A stretch of DNA of 64,000 nt from Escherichia coli (GTDB lineage Bacteria; Pseudomonadota; Gammaproteobacteria; Enterobacterales; Enterobacteriaceae): NCBI RefSeq assembly GCF_003018255.1, contig NZ_CP027440.1. The stretch is one strand, 5' to 3'. Within the stretch, counting starts at the first letter, position 1. Every line of letters begins with the position of its first letter. A program made the position numbers and the translations under genes. The notes below the pieces were generated by a model. It was not told the origin of the DNA. It saw only the letters and a list, made by a program, of their open reading frames with translations, and searched no databases. Of this stretch, positions 25,703 to 41,937 are shown one piece after another.

Positions 25703-25732
25703 AGCAAAAGGGCAGAGCCAGTGGCCCTGCCC
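25703..25732 (-). terminator. Putative terminator downstream of accD
   Basis: hairpin gggcagagcc/ggccctgccc followed by T-run on minus strand. Confidence 0.5.
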
Positions 25733-25742
25733 TTATCAGTTA

Positions 25743-26657
25743 TCAGGCCTCAGGTTCCTGATCTGGTACCGGTGGCACCACTACGCCTTCACGCGGCGCT
25801 TCAGGATTCGGCGCTGGCAGATTCATCAACTTCGCCAGAATGCTCGCCAGTTTCAGGCGCATTTCCGGACGACGGACGATCATGTCGATCGCGCCTTTCT
25901 CGATCAGGAATTCACTGCGCTGGAATCCTGGCGGCAGTTTTTCGCGAACGGTCTGTTCGATAACACGCGGACCGGCAAAGCCGATTAACGCTTTCGGTTC
26001 AGCGATGTTGAGATCGCCCAGCATGGCGAAACTTGCAGAAACACCGCCCATGGTAGGGTCGGTCAGCACGGAGATGTACGGCAAGCCGCGCTCCTGCATT
26101 TTTGCCAGCGCCGCAGAGGTTTTCGCCATCTGCATCAGCGACATCAGTGCTTCCTGCATACGTGCGCCACCAGAGGCGGAGAAGCAGATCAGTGGGCAGT
26201 TATCTTCCAGCGCCTGCTCAACGGCACGCACGAAACGTGCACCTACCACAGACCCCATGGAACCGCCCATAAAGGCGAACTCGAATGCCGCAGCGACAAC
26301 TGGCATTCCATACAGGGTGCCTTTCATCACCACCAGCGCATCTTTTTCGCCGGTTTCTTTCTGCGCAGATGCCAGACGGTCTTTATACTTCTTGGAGTCA
26401 CGAAACTTCAGCACATCTTTCGGCTCAAGCTCGCTACCCAGCTCCACAAGGCTTCCTTCATCTAACAGGCTATGCAGGCGATTACGCGCTGTCATACGCA
26501 TGTGATGGTCACACTTCGGACAGACCTCAAGATTACGTTCCAGCTCAGCGCGGTATAAAACCTGACCGCAGCTATCACACTTAGTCCACACCCCTTCAGG
26601 AATGCTCGCCTTGCGGGTGGGAGTAATGTTGCTTTTAATTCGTTCAATCCAGCTCAT
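25743..26657 (-). CDS. accD: Acetyl-CoA carboxylase carboxyltransferase beta subunit
   Basis: ORF track 332 aa; start at [10 protein letters not shown] (304 aa); Zn-finger CDSC..CPKC. Confidence 0.93.
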
Positions 26658-26812
26658 TAGGGACCTTTCTGTCTGAACCTGGTTCGATGCCAGTTTTATC
26701 TTTGGGGACGCATAATGCCATTTTTGCCCCCAACAGACCATGAATGTTGCACATTAAAACATAACAGCCCGAAACTTTGGATAAAAAAGTGGTCGAACCG
26801 CGGAGTTACTTT

Positions 26813-27472
26813 TTATTTTGCGGCGCGTGCCGCAGCGCGTTTGTGGCGAATAAATTCGAAAACACCTGGCAATATTGAAACAAAAATAATGCCAACAATC
26901 ATCAGTTTAAGGTTGCTCTGAATGAAGGGGAGCGTTCCGAAGAAATAACCCGCGTAGGTAAAAATCAGTACCCATAGCAACGCGCCGATGACGTTAAAAG
27001 CGGCGAAATGACGATACGACATGTGGCCCATTCCCGCAACGAACGGCGCGAACGTTCTGACGATCGGCACAAAACGGGCGAGAATAATCGTTTTGCCGCC
27101 ATGTTTCTCATAAAACTGATGAGTCTTATCAAGATAACTGCGACGAAAGATTTTCGAATCCGGATTACTGAACAGTTTGTCACCAAATAACCGTCCAATG
27201 GTGTAGTTCACCGCGTCACCCACAATCGCGGCGATCAGCATCAGCACCACCATCATATGGACGTTGAGATCGTTGGTTTCCAGTGATGCCAACGCACCGG
27301 CAACAAACAGCAATGAATCACCCGGTAAAAACGGCGTTACCACCAGACCGGTTTCACAGAACAAAATTAAGAACAAAATGGCATAAACCCAGACGCCATA
27401 CTCCGCGACCAGTTCTGCCAGATGCACGTCAATGTGCAGGATAAAATCGATGAGGAAATAAATCAGGTCCAT
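26813..27472 (-). CDS. dedA: DedA-family inner membrane protein
   Basis: 219-aa ORF. Confidence 0.92.
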   Translation of the reverse strand: MDLIYFLIDFILHIDVHLAELVAEYGVWVYAILFLILFCETGLVVTPFLPGDSLLFVAGALASLETNDLNVHMMVVLMLIAAIVGDAVNYTIGRLFGDKLFSNPDSKIFRRSYLDKTHQFYEKHGGKTIILARFVPIVRTFAPFVAGMGHMSYRHFAAFNVIGALLWVLIFTYAGYFFGTLPFIQSNLKLMIVGIIFVSILPGVFEFIRHKRAAARAAK

Positions 27473-27554
27473 ATTAGCCTATGCCTTGTACTCGTCATCT
27501 TTCAGGCTGTAACTACGTTGGCTACAGCCTGAAATGTTCCGAGCATTATTCTTG

Positions 27555-28367
27555 TTAGTCCGCCAGAAATAGCGGGCCCATTGGCGGTTTTGGAAGATCA
27601 TACCGGTCAGGGTAATCCACCGCGACCAGATACAGCCCTTCCGCTTTTGCCGTTGCTGCCGCCAGCGTTCTGTCCTTTGCCGCCAGCAACTCTGCTATCC
27701 AGCTCTCCGGCTGGTTGTGGGCACCGACTTCCATCAGGCTGCCGACAATATTCCTGACCATATGATGTACAAAGGCATTCGCTTTGATATCTACCACCAC
27801 ATAAGGACCGTGACGCGTGACATTAATATGCATAACGTTGCGCCACGGGGTTCGGGACTGGCACTGCACCGCACGGAACGAGGTGAAATCATTCTCGCCC
27901 AGCAAGCATTGCGCAGCCCGATGCATCCGTTCAGCGTCCAGCGGTTCGTAAAAATGGGTTACCCCTTTACTCAGTACCGCCGGGCGCAGCCGATGATTGT
28001 AGATGATGTAGCGATAACGGCGAGCCGTGGCGCTAAATCGGGCATGAAAATCATCAGGTACAGCTTTAACCCAACGCACGGCGATGTCACCAGGTAAATT
28101 CGCATTTACGCCCAACGTCCACGCAGCGTCTTTGCGCTGTGCGGTCGTTTCGAAATGCACAACCTGCCCGGTACCGTGTACACCGGCGTCAGTACGCCCG
28201 GCGCAGAAGACGGTGATGGGTTCGTTCGCCACCTGGGAGAGCGCCTTTTCCAGCTTCTCCTGCACACTGCGGACTTCATTCTGCCGTTGCCAGCCGTAAT
28301 ACCTACTGCCGTCGTACTCAATGCCCAGCGCAATTTTATAAACTGGCGGTTGTTGCTGGTCGGACAT
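27555..28367 (-). CDS. truA: tRNA pseudouridine(38-40) synthase
   Basis: 270-aa ORF; 1-nt overlap with usg. Confidence 0.94.
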
Positions 28368-29380
28368 TAGTACAGATACTCCTGCACCAGTTTCTCGGCG
28401 ATTTTTACTGCCATCAGCGCGCCGCCAAAGCGAACGTTATCGGCCACCGACCAGAACTGAACTTGCTCCGGCATACCGTAGTCATTACGTACGCAGCCAA
28501 CAGAAAGATGCGGCGTACCAGAAGCATCTCCTACCTGAGTCGGGAATTCGTTCTCTTCAGAGAGCACAATATCTTCGCCCTGAGCAAACGCATCACGCGC
28601 TTCTTCTGCCGCCAGCGGACGCAGTGCTTCAAAGTTGACCATCTGGGCATGACCGTAGAATACCGGTGCCTGGACGACGCTTGCCGAAATCATCAGCCCT
28701 TCGTCCTGCAGGATTTTGCGTACTTCGTCAACGATACGACGTTCTTCACGCACGCTACCTTCGCTATCCGGCAGTAACGGCAGCATGTTGAACGCCAGCT
28801 GACGCCCGAAGAAATCTTCTTCGTCAATCGGAATGCCATTGAGTAATTTAGCACTCTGCCCCGCTAACGCATCGACCGCTTTTTTGCCCTGGGCGGAGGC
28901 TGAAATCAGGCTGGTAACGCTGATACGTGATAAACCGCCCTGATCAATTAGCGGTTTCAGTGCCGCCAGCAGCTGGCTGGTCAGACTGTCCGGTACGGCG
29001 ATGACATTCCGGTTGCGGTAATCGGTCAGTACAAACGGGTTTACTTCCGGCACTACCAGCGGTACGTCAGGTTCGAGAGCAAACAATCCGCTGCTGTCGA
29101 TCACCAGACAACCTGAGTTGGTCGCTTCTTCAACCCAGGCAGCGGTAGCTTCTTTGCCTGCGACAAAAAATGCCAGCTGCGCCTGCGTCCAGTCAAATTC
29201 AGCGGCATCCTGCACGGTGATTGTCTTACCACCAAAGCGCAGTTGTTCGCCTGCGCTTTCGTTACGTGCCAGTGCATAAATTTCCCCAACCGGGAACTGA
29301 CGTTCAGCCAGCGTTTCAAGCAGGGCTTCGCCCACAGCGCCAGTTGCGCCCAGGACGGCAATGTTCCAGCCTTCAGACAT
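28367..29380 (-). CDS. usg: USG-1 (aspartate-semialdehyde dehydrogenase homolog)
   Basis: 337-aa ORF; N-terminal Rossmann motif [10 protein letters not shown]. Confidence 0.9.
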
Positions 29381-29445
29381 GGTGGTTTACTCCAGAAATA
29401 GCAAAGCTCCCTGCCAATGTTACAGCAGAGAGCATGAAGAAGAGA

Positions 29446-30582
29446 TTAACGTGCCGGATGATGAACGGCGTTAAAACCCAGTTTACACAGCAATGATGCC
29501 GCACTGGCGTCATCACAAATTACATACAGAGATGACCATTCACGGCGCTCAAGATAGTTTTTGCGCAGTTTATCGAACTCACCCGGTATCCCGGCGACTT
29601 TACGCAGTGGCGCATCATCGCGGCGCACATCATACACCAAATGCACCAGCCTTTTCAGCGTCGGTTGATCGAGCGGACCATGCAGCGTAATGCGACCAAA
29701 CTCTGGCGCGGGCAGTAATGTATCCAGCGCAACGTGTTGTTCATGCCCAATGAATTTGCTATAGGCTTCAAACACTTGCGTAGTACCGCGTGCTTTACCT
29801 TCCAGGGTATAGCCTGCAATATGCGGCGTGCCGATATCCACTTTTGTCAGCAATTCCACATTAAGTTCCGGCTCGCCTTCCCAGACATCCAGCACCACGC
29901 TTAACTTCTGGCCTTCATTCAGGCAGGTCAGCAGCGCGGTATTATCGACGACTGCGCCACGGCAGGCGTTAATCAGAATCGCTCCGGGCTTCAGGCTACG
30001 GATCAGTTTTTCATCCGCCAGATGTCGCGTTTTGTACGGACCATCTTTAAAGAGTGGCGTATGGAAAGTCAGAATATCCGCATGCTGGACTAATTCATCC
30101 AGCGAGCGGAAATCGCCCTCATCCCCACGGTCGGCGCGAGGCGGATCGCAAAGCAAGGTTGTAATCCCTAACGCTTCCAGTCGTGCCTGTAAACGCCGAC
30201 CAACGTTACCAACGCCCACGATCCCCACGGTACGCTCGTGCAGTGAAAATCCATCGCGTTCAGCAAGCATCAGCAGTGAGGAGAAAACATATTCCACTAC
30301 TGCAATCGCATTACAGCCAGGTGCAGCGGAAAAACCAATTCCCGCCTGCTTTAACCATGTGTCATCAACATGGTCTGTCCCCGCGGTGGCAGTGCCAACA
30401 AATTTAATGGGTTTTCCTGCCAGCAAAGATTCATTCACTTTCGTGACCGAACGCACCATCAGCGCATCCGCGTCTGCCAGTTGAGCCACGGGGATGGGAC
30501 GCCCGGGAACCGCGGTCACCTCACCCAAACGGCTAAATAAGTCGCGGGCATAAGGCATATTTTCATCAACAAGGATTTTCAC
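29446..30582 (-). CDS. pdxB: Erythronate-4-phosphate dehydrogenase
   Basis: 378-aa ORF; [12 protein letters not shown]. Confidence 0.94.
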   Translation of the reverse strand: MKILVDENMPYARDLFSRLGEVTAVPGRPIPVAQLADADALMVRSVTKVNESLLAGKPIKFVGTATAGTDHVDDTWLKQAGIGFSAAPGCNAIAVVEYVFSSLLMLAERDGFSLHERTVGIVGVGNVGRRLQARLEALGITTLLCDPPRADRGDEGDFRSLDELVQHADILTFHTPLFKDGPYKTRHLADEKLIRSLKPGAILINACRGAVVDNTALLTCLNEGQKLSVVLDVWEGEPELNVELLTKVDIGTPHIAGYTLEGKARGTTQVFEAYSKFIGHEQHVALDTLLPAPEFGRITLHGPLDQPTLKRLVHLVYDVRRDDAPLRKVAGIPGEFDKLRKNYLERREWSSLYVICDDASAASLLCKLGFNAVHHPAR

Positions 30583-30680
30583 GTTTGTGTTACCTGTATG
30601 AGACGAGAGTTAACCGGACAAGTGTGCCATAATCTCGCGGCCAGGCATACTTGCGAAGATTTCAGGTATAAGGATACGTA

Positions 30681-32854
<2,174 letters not shown>

Positions 32855-33013
32855 TTACTCCAGAATGCAGCGCAAGGCGAGGAGTATCCCCGTCTCATCT
32901 CTCTGGTTTCAGGGTTACGGTGCGTTGGCAGGAATTAACGCGTACGTCTTTTCAGAAGGAAATCGACAAAGCGGGAAGTTTGCCTGGTACAGGCGGCGAT
33001 TGTCAATGATGTG

Positions 33014-33036
33014 AAAAAGGGAACCATAGGGTTCCC
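33014..33036 (-). terminator. Rho-independent terminator downstream of fabB
   Basis: hairpin gggaacc-atag-ggttccc; on minus strand followed by ttttt. Confidence 0.7.
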
Positions 33037-33075
33037 TTATTCTTTAGTACCGGAGGCAGCATTGCCGCATATCGT

Positions 33076-33110
33076 CGGATGCGACGCTGACGCGTCCTAT
33101 CCGACCTACT
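33076..33110. repeat. REP element downstream of fabB
   Basis: cggatgcgacgctgacgcgtcctatccgacctac. Confidence 0.7.
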
Positions 33111-33115
33111 CCGAA

Positions 33116-34336
33116 TTAATCTTTCAGCTTGCGCATTACCAGCGTGGCGTTGGTGCCGCCGAAGCCGAAGCTGTTAGACATAACGGTGGTCAGTTCGCGA
33201 TCGGTCGTTTCGGTCACGATGTTCAGACCCGCAGCCTGCTCGTCCAGCTCTTCAATGTTGATGCTCGGGGCGATAAAGCCGTGTTCCAGCATCAGCAGAG
33301 AGTAGATAGCTTCCTGTACGCCAGCAGCGCCCAGAGAGTGACCGGTCATTGCTTTGGTTGCAGAAATCGCCGGGCTCTTATCGCCGAACACTTCACGGAT
33401 AGCAGCCAGCTCTTTCACGTCGCCAACCGGAGTCGAAGTACCGTGGGAGTTCAGGTAGTCGATTGGGGTATCAACACCGTGCATCGCCATCTTCATGCAA
33501 CGCACTGCGCCTTCGCCAGACGGAGCAACCATGTCTGCGCCATCAGACGTTGCGCCGTAGCCAACGATTTCAGCGTAGATATGAGCACCACGTGCCAACG
33601 CGTGTTCCAGTTCTTCGACCACCACCATACCGCCGCCGCCAGCGATAACGAAACCGTCACGGTGAGCGTCATAAGTACGGGAGGCTTTTTCCGGGGTGTC
33701 GTTGTATTTGGTAGACAGCGCACCCATCGCGTCGAATTCACAAGCCATTTCCCAGCACAGCTCTTCGCCGCCACCAGCAAACACGATGTCCTGTTTGCCC
33801 AGTTGGATCTGCTCTACTGCGTTACCGATACAGTGTGCGGAGGTCGCACACGCGGAGCTGATGGAGTAGTTTACACCGTGAATTTTAAACGGCGTGGCGA
33901 GACAGGCAGAAACGCCGGATGCCATCGCTTTGGTGACCACATACGGGCCAACCGCTTTCAGGCCGCGCGGGCCGCGCATTGCGTCAGCGCCGAACACCTG
34001 AAAACGCGGGGAACCGCCGCCGGAACCTGCAATCAGGCCAACGCGCGGGTTATTCTGGTAAGCTTCCGGAGAGAGGCCAGCATCTGCAATTGCCTGCTCC
34101 ATAGAAAGGAATGCATAAATGGATGCGTCGCTCATAAAGCGCACAACTTTGCGGTCAATGAGGCCAGTGGTATCCAGTTTTACGTTGCCCCAGACGTGGC
34201 TACGCATGCCGGAATCCTTCAGCTCCTGAGAGAAAGTGATCCCTGAACGTCCTTCACGCAGAGATGCCAGGACTTCCTGCTGGTTATTACCGATGCTGGA
34301 AACAATGCCCAGGCCAGTAATCACTGCACGTTTCAT
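33116..34336 (-). CDS. fabB: 3-oxoacyl-ACP synthase I
   Basis: 406-aa ORF; recognised FabB. Confidence 0.96.
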
Positions 34337-34383
34337 TCAATACCTCTGTAAGTCGCACATAGAGTAAGTTTCGAATGCACAAT

Positions 34384-34400
34384 AGCGTACACTTGTACGC
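34384..34400. promoter_or_regulatory. FabR operator in fabB promoter
   Basis: palindrome agcgtacacttgtacgc ~50 bp upstream of fabB start; matches the known FabR box. Confidence 0.65.
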
Positions 34401-34401
34401 C

Positions 34402-34417
34402 GAACAAGTCCGATCAG
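34402..34417. promoter_or_regulatory. FadR activator site in fabB promoter
   Basis: minus-strand ctgatcggacttgttc resembles FadR consensus; position adjacent to the FabR box. Confidence 0.6.
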
Positions 34418-34428
34418 CCAATTAATAG

Positions 34429-36501
<2,073 letters not shown>

Positions 36502-36519
36502 TCAGCTCTGGCATTGCTT

Positions 36520-36552
36520 GCCGGATATGGCGTGAACGCCTTATCCGGCACA
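36520..36552. repeat. REP element between convergent mnmC and yfcL
   Basis: gccggatatggcgtgaacgccttatccggcac. Confidence 0.75.
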
Positions 36553-36556
36553 TTAC

Positions 36557-36835
36557 TTACTGCTGTGACGCCTTCTGAAACAGGTTTTCCCACATATCGG
36601 TCACCAGCGCCTGGTCACGCGGCGACAACTCACCGGCACCAATCGCTTTTTCCAGACTCTGGCTAACGGTTGTATGTACCGCCTGGGCGGAGTGGTCATC
36701 ACCACTTTCCAGTTCTGCGATGGCTAATGTCAGGTGGCCACGCAAATACCCACTGGCAAACAACTCATCATCACTGGCATGGTCAACCATACCGTCGATT
36801 AATGCCAGAATGCGTGATTCAAACTCCGCGATCAT
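36557..36835 (-). CDS. yfcL: Uncharacterised protein YfcL
   Basis: 92-aa ORF; synteny. Confidence 0.85.
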   Translation of the reverse strand: MIAEFESRILALIDGMVDHASDDELFASGYLRGHLTLAIAELESGDDHSAQAVHTTVSQSLEKAIGAGELSPRDQALVTDMWENLFQKASQQ

Positions 36836-36868
36836 CTTCTTTCCTCATTGTAAAACGTGGCGCTGGCT

Positions 36869-37417
36869 TCAGTTGAGCGCTTCCGGCCACGGGAACTGTT
36901 CCGCCGTAAGTTCCGGCGTGTGATAATAATTTTGTAGTGCTTTAATGAAGCGTGCCGGACGTTCGGGAATGCCGTTTGCCAGATAATCCATTACCTGCGC
37001 ATGTACCCGCCGTTGAAACACCACGCGGTCCGGTTCGAAATCCCCTTCCAGATTGTCGCAGCTAACATTAAACGGATATCCCGCCGCCACGCAGAACAAC
37101 CAGTCCAGCGCCTGCGGCTTCACTTCAACATCTTCAAACTGGCTTTGCGTCTGGGCATCGCGACCGTCCGGGCAATACCAGTAGCCGAAATCAACCTGCT
37201 CACGGCGCGCTTTTCCGGCAATACACCAGTGCGAAATCTCATGAATTGCGCTGGCATAAAAGCCATGAGCAAAGACGATTCGGTTATACGGTACTTCCGC
37301 ATCAGCAGGAAGATAGATCGGTTCGTCGTCGCCTTTAATCAGACGGGTATTAAATTCATCGGCAAAGCAGCTATTAAAAATCTCAATCAACTGCTCATAG
37401 TGGTGTGTACTGTTCAT
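36869..37417 (-). CDS. epmC: Elongation factor P hydroxylase
   Basis: 182-aa ORF (YfcM); synteny. Confidence 0.88.
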   Translation of the reverse strand: MNSTHHYEQLIEIFNSCFADEFNTRLIKGDDEPIYLPADAEVPYNRIVFAHGFYASAIHEISHWCIAGKARREQVDFGYWYCPDGRDAQTQSQFEDVEVKPQALDWLFCVAAGYPFNVSCDNLEGDFEPDRVVFQRRVHAQVMDYLANGIPERPARFIKALQNYYHTPELTAEQFPWPEALN

Positions 37418-38226
37418 TAGTTCATCCCCAACCAGTGGAGGATCTCCTGTCCGTGGCTATCGTAAAGTAATTTTGCACTCATCACCGCCGAGACGATAAC
37501 GATCATCGGGCGGATCAGCTTTTGTCCTTTGCTCAACACCAGTCTTGAACCCATGCGCGCGCCGAGGAACTGCCCCACCAGCATCACAAAGCCCGTCGCC
37601 CAAATCACTTTGCCGCCGAGAATAAACAGCAGCAGACCGCCAATGTTTGACGTTGCGTTGAGTAATTTGGCGTGAGCCGTGGCTTTGGCGAGGTTGAATC
37701 CGCACAGCGTAACGAAGGCCAGCGCGTAAAACGATCCGGCAGCTGGCCCAAAGAATCCATCGTAAAAACCGACGCAGCCCCCCGCCACCAGCGCAAATGG
37801 CAGTCCATACATCCGGCGCTGGCGATCTTCTTCACCCAGCTTTGGCATCAGCAAGAAATAGAGGCCGATACAAATCACCAGAATGGGCAGAATCTGCCGT
37901 AAGACATCAGCCTGAACATACTGCACCAGTAATGCGCCGCTCATTGAGCCGACAAAGGTCATGGCGATATTGAGTTTCTGATCGCTTAAACTAACCACTT
38001 TGCGGCGAATAAAGTAGATAGTGGCGGAAATAGAGCCGCCGCAGGCTTGCAGTTTATTGGTTGCCAGCGCGTTAGCCGGAGACATCCCCGCCGCCATCAA
38101 TGCCGGAATGGTGAGTAACCCACCGCCACCGGCAATCGAGTCGATAAATCCCGCCAGCATGGCGACAAAAAAGAGAACTCCCAGCAGCAGCGGGGAAACC
38201 ATAAACAGGCTATTAAACGTTTCCAT
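37417..38226 (-). CDS. yfcA: TauE/SafE-family inner membrane protein YfcA
   Basis: 269-aa hydrophobic ORF. Confidence 0.88.
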   Translation of the reverse strand: METFNSLFMVSPLLLGVLFFVAMLAGFIDSIAGGGGLLTIPALMAAGMSPANALATNKLQACGGSISATIYFIRRKVVSLSDQKLNIAMTFVGSMSGALLVQYVQADVLRQILPILVICIGLYFLLMPKLGEEDRQRRMYGLPFALVAGGCVGFYDGFFGPAAGSFYALAFVTLCGFNLAKATAHAKLLNATSNIGGLLLFILGGKVIWATGFVMLVGQFLGARMGSRLVLSKGQKLIRPMIVIVSAVMSAKLLYDSHGQEILHWLGMN

Positions 38227-39050
38227 TAGATCACGTGCTCATCCAGTAGCGCCTGGCAGGAAGGCGGCAACGGAGGCGGTGTCTTCTTCTCAGGCTTTGT
38301 TGTTCCCGGTTTTGGTGGTTCAAACCAGCTTTGCAGTTCTGCCCCGCAACCATCGCCCGGTGGCGGTAAAGGTTGATCTTCACACTCCAGGCTATCGGCA
38401 GGACAACGTAGTCGTACATGCATATGGGCGCGATGCTGGAACCAGGGCCGCACTTTGCGTAACCAGTCGCGATCGGTGCCCGCATCAAGGCAAAGTTGTT
38501 GTTTAATCGCCGGATTAACAAAAATGCGCGTGACGTCTTTGTCCTGCGCGGCGAGTTTAATCAAGCTGAAAATTTCCGGCTTCCACAGCGTCGGGACAAC
38601 GTGTTTACCGTCGCGGGAAACTAAATCTAACGCTTGCGGGCGCAAGAGCTGCGCGGAGGTCCAGCGTGTTTTTGGCAGTTGCAGGAAGATATCGACATCC
38701 AGTCCAGTCTGGTGGCTGGCGTGACCGCCGTTGAAACGACCACCAGCAGGCATCCCCATATCGCCAATCAGCACCGTACCCATACCCAGATTGCTCACCT
38801 GGCGACTCAGACGCTGGATAAACATCACCAGATCCGGGTGTCCGAAATAGCGACGCTGATCGGTACGCATGACCTGATAATGTTCGGACTGTATCGGCAG
38901 CGTGTCAGCACCGACGATACAGCCATTTGAAAAACTGCCTATCGATTGTGCACTACCCGGCACAGGTTGGGTTATTTTTTGCCACGGCGTCGCTGCCAGG
39001 CTGGCGCTACTGGCAAGCAGGGCCAGCAGCACAATCGCAGTTTTGTTCAT
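38226..39050 (-). CDS. mepA: Penicillin-insensitive murein DD-endopeptidase
   Basis: 274-aa ORF with signal peptide. Confidence 0.92.
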   Translation of the reverse strand: MNKTAIVLLALLASSASLAATPWQKITQPVPGSAQSIGSFSNGCIVGADTLPIQSEHYQVMRTDQRRYFGHPDLVMFIQRLSRQVSNLGMGTVLIGDMGMPAGGRFNGGHASHQTGLDVDIFLQLPKTRWTSAQLLRPQALDLVSRDGKHVVPTLWKPEIFSLIKLAAQDKDVTRIFVNPAIKQQLCLDAGTDRDWLRKVRPWFQHRAHMHVRLRCPADSLECEDQPLPPPGDGCGAELQSWFEPPKPGTTKPEKKTPPPLPPSCQALLDEHVI

Positions 39051-39052
39051 TT

Positions 39053-40138
39053 TTACCAGCGTGGAATATCAGTCTTCACATCAGCATTTTGCGCCCGTTG
39101 CCGTAACAGGTGATCCATTAAAACGATCGCCAGCATCGCTTCAGCGATCGGCACCGCGCGGATCCCAACACACGGATCGTGACGGCCTTTGGTGATCATC
39201 TCAACTTCTTCGCCAAAGCGGTTAATCGTGCGCCCCGGCACAGTAATGCTTGAGGTCGGTTTCAGCGCCATATGGGCAATGATTTGCTGCCCGCTGCTGA
39301 TACCACCAAGAATGCCGCCCGCATGGTTGCTCTGGAAACCGTCTTTGGTGATTTCGTCACGGTTCTGGCTGCCACGCAGCGCTACCACGTCAAAACCATC
39401 ACCAATTTCCACACCTTTCACCGCGTTAATGCTCATTAGCGCATGGGCGATGTCGGCATCCAGGCGGTCAAAAACCGGCTCGCCAAGTCCGGCGGGTACG
39501 CCACTGGCAACGACGGTGACTTTCGCGCCGATGGAGTCACCCTCTTTTTTCAGCGCGCGCATCAGTTCATCTAACGCGTCGATTTTGTCCGGGTCCGGGC
39601 AGAAAAACGGATTTTGCTCGACCTGCGACCAGTCTTTGATTTCCAGCGGAATATCACCCATCTGGGTCAGGCAGCCGCGAATCTCAATGCCAAATTTCTC
39701 GGCGAGATATTTTTTGGCAATCGCCCCTGCTGCAACGCGCATAGCGGTTTCGCGGGCGGAAGAACGTCCACCGCCGCGATAATCGCGCAGGCCGTATTTT
39801 TGTTCATAGGTGTAATCGGCATGACCTGGACGGAAAACGTCCTTAATCGCACTATAATCCTGAGAACGCTGGTCGGTATTTTCGATCAACAATCCGATGC
39901 TGGTGCCAGTAGTAACACCTTCAAAAACACCGGAGAGAATTTTGACCTGATCCGGCTCGCGGCGCTGGGTGGTATAGCGCGATGTCCCAGGTCGACGACG
40001 ATCAAGGTCATGTTGCAAGTCCGCTTCCGTCAGCGGAATGCCTGGCGGAACACCATCGACGATGCAGCCGAGCGCCAGCCCGTGCGATTCGCCGAAGGTG
40101 GTTACGCGAAAGAGTTGTCCAATTGTGTTTCCAGCCAT
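39053..40138 (-). CDS. aroC: Chorismate synthase
   Basis: 361 aa from [20 protein letters not shown]. Confidence 0.95.
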   Translation of the reverse strand: MAGNTIGQLFRVTTFGESHGLALGCIVDGVPPGIPLTEADLQHDLDRRRPGTSRYTTQRREPDQVKILSGVFEGVTTGTSIGLLIENTDQRSQDYSAIKDVFRPGHADYTYEQKYGLRDYRGGGRSSARETAMRVAAGAIAKKYLAEKFGIEIRGCLTQMGDIPLEIKDWSQVEQNPFFCPDPDKIDALDELMRALKKEGDSIGAKVTVVASGVPAGLGEPVFDRLDADIAHALMSINAVKGVEIGDGFDVVALRGSQNRDEITKDGFQSNHAGGILGGISSGQQIIAHMALKPTSSITVPGRTINRFGEEVEMITKGRHDPCVGIRAVPIAEAMLAIVLMDHLLRQRAQNADVKTDIPRW

Positions 40139-40172
40139 CACGGCTCCGTTATTGTTGTGTTTGCGTGTTTAC

Positions 40173-41105
40173 TTAATCTTTATAAATCGCGAAATGTTCT
40201 CGTGCGGCAATAAGCTGCTCTTTAGTGAGCATAAACACACCATCGCCGCCGTTATCAAACTCCAGCCAGGTGAACGGAACATCCGGATATTGTTCCATAA
40301 GATGTACCATGCTGTTGCCCACTTCACAAATCAGCACGCCATCATCAGCGAGGTAATCTGCCGCGTTACCAAGAATGCGACGCGTCAGTTTCAGGCCGTC
40401 AGTGCCAGATGCCAGACCGAGTTCCGGCTCGTGGCGGTATTCGTTTGGCAGGTCGGACATATCTTCCGCATCGACATACGGCGGGTTGGTGACAATCAGG
40501 TCGTACTGCACTTTCGGCAAATCACGGAACAAGTCGGAACGAATCGGAATGACGTTGTGGATCAAACCGTGTTCTTCGATGTTCTGTTCAGCAACCGCCA
40601 GCGCGTCGGGAGAGATGTCTACCGCGTCGACTTCCGCTTCCGGGAAGGCATAAGCACAGGCAATGGCGATGCAGCCGCTACCGGTACACATATCTAAAAT
40701 GTGCTGCGGTTGCTTGCTGATGAGTCCGGCAAATTTATTGTTGATCAGTTCACCAATCGGCGAGCGCGGCACCAGCACGCGTTCATCGACGTAAAATTCA
40801 TGGCCACAGAACCAGGCTTTATTGGTCAGGTAAGCCACCGGAATGCGTTCGTTGACGCGGCGGATCACGCGCTCAACAATACGGTGTTTTTCGCTGGAAG
40901 TCAGACGCGCGGTGCGCATATCTTCCGGAATATCCAGCGGCAGGTAGAGTGAAGGCAACACCAGTTGCACGGCTTCATCCCACGGGTTATCGGTGCCGTG
41001 GCCGTACCAGATATTCGCCGCGCTGAAGCGGCTCACCGACCAGCGCAACATGTCCTGAATGGTTTGCAGCTCATTTACTGCTTCATCAACGAAAATTTTA
41101 TCCAC
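40173..41105 (-). CDS. prmB: Ribosomal protein uL3 glutamine methyltransferase
   Basis: 310 aa from GTG at 41103-41105 ([13 protein letters not shown]..); NPPY motif; ORF track is over-extended upstream. Confidence 0.9.
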   Translation of the reverse strand: MDKIFVDEAVNELQTIQDMLRWSVSRFSAANIWYGHGTDNPWDEAVQLVLPSLYLPLDIPEDMRTARLTSSEKHRIVERVIRRVNERIPVAYLTNKAWFCGHEFYVDERVLVPRSPIGELINNKFAGLISKQPQHILDMCTGSGCIAIACAYAFPEAEVDAVDISPDALAVAEQNIEEHGLIHNVIPIRSDLFRDLPKVQYDLIVTNPPYVDAEDMSDLPNEYRHEPELGLASGTDGLKLTRRILGNAADYLADDGVLICEVGNSMVHLMEQYPDVPFTWLEFDNGGDGVFMLTKEQLIAAREHFAIYKD

Positions 41106-41270
41106 GTATTCCTCCAGGGCATGATCGCAATAATTTCGGCGGCTAGTTTGCCATGAAGATGACGATAAATCAGCATTCACGCGCTGTGAGTGAGGAAAAA
41201 TACGTTTAAAACGATCGATTGTGCTACGAGTCAGGTAAACTGTAGGAAAATTAGAAATAGAGACAGTTAA

Positions 41271-41822
41271 ATGAAAAAGAAAACAACACTTAGCGAGGAG
41301 GACCAGGCGCTGTTTCGCCAGTTGATGGCGGGGACTCGCAAGATTAAGCAGGACACGATTGTCCACCGACCGCAGCGTAAAAAAATCAGCGAAGTACCGG
41401 TCAAGCGGTTGATTCAGGAGCAGGCCGATGCCAGCCATTATTTTTCCGATGAGTTTCAGCCATTATTAAATACCGAAGGTCCGGTGAAATATGTTCGCCC
41501 GGATGTCAGCCATTTTGAAGCGAAGAAACTGCGGCGCGGTGATTATTCACCGGAGTTGTTTCTTGATTTGCACGGTCTGACGCAGTTGCAAGCCAAACAG
41601 GAACTGGGGGCGTTGATTGCCGCCTGCCGCCGTGAACATGTGTTTTGTGCCTGCGTGATGCATGGTCACGGGAAGCATATTTTGAAGCAGCAAACGCCGC
41701 TGTGGCTGGCGCAGCATCCACATGTAATGGCATTTCACCAGGCACCAAAAGAGTATGGTGGCGATGCGGCTTTGTTGGTGTTGATTGAAGTGGAAGAGTG
41801 GCTGCCGCCTGAATTGCCCTGA
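41271..41822 (+). CDS. smrB: Smr-domain protein SmrB (ribosome rescue endonuclease)
   Basis: 183-aa ORF (YfcN); divergent from prmB. Confidence 0.88.
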
Positions 41823-41937
41823 ATGCTGGCATCGAATGCTGTAGAGGGAAAGTTCGCCTTAGCCATCATATCATAAAACAGACGCCGGAAATGACGACAG
41901 GGCCAGATGGCCCCGTCGACTTGTGAAAATATCGTCA

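Noticed and set aside
33011-34246. 411-aa ORF on the plus strand
   Set aside because: Antisense to fabB; translation is low-complexity and rich in R/H/C.
40038-40697. 219-aa ORF on the plus strand
   Set aside because: Antisense to the aroC/prmB junction and prmB.
41106-41438. Upstream extension of the prmB ORF to 421 aa
   Set aside because: Known PrmB is 310 aa starting at VDKIFVDE (GTG); the extension reads through the divergent smrB promoter region.
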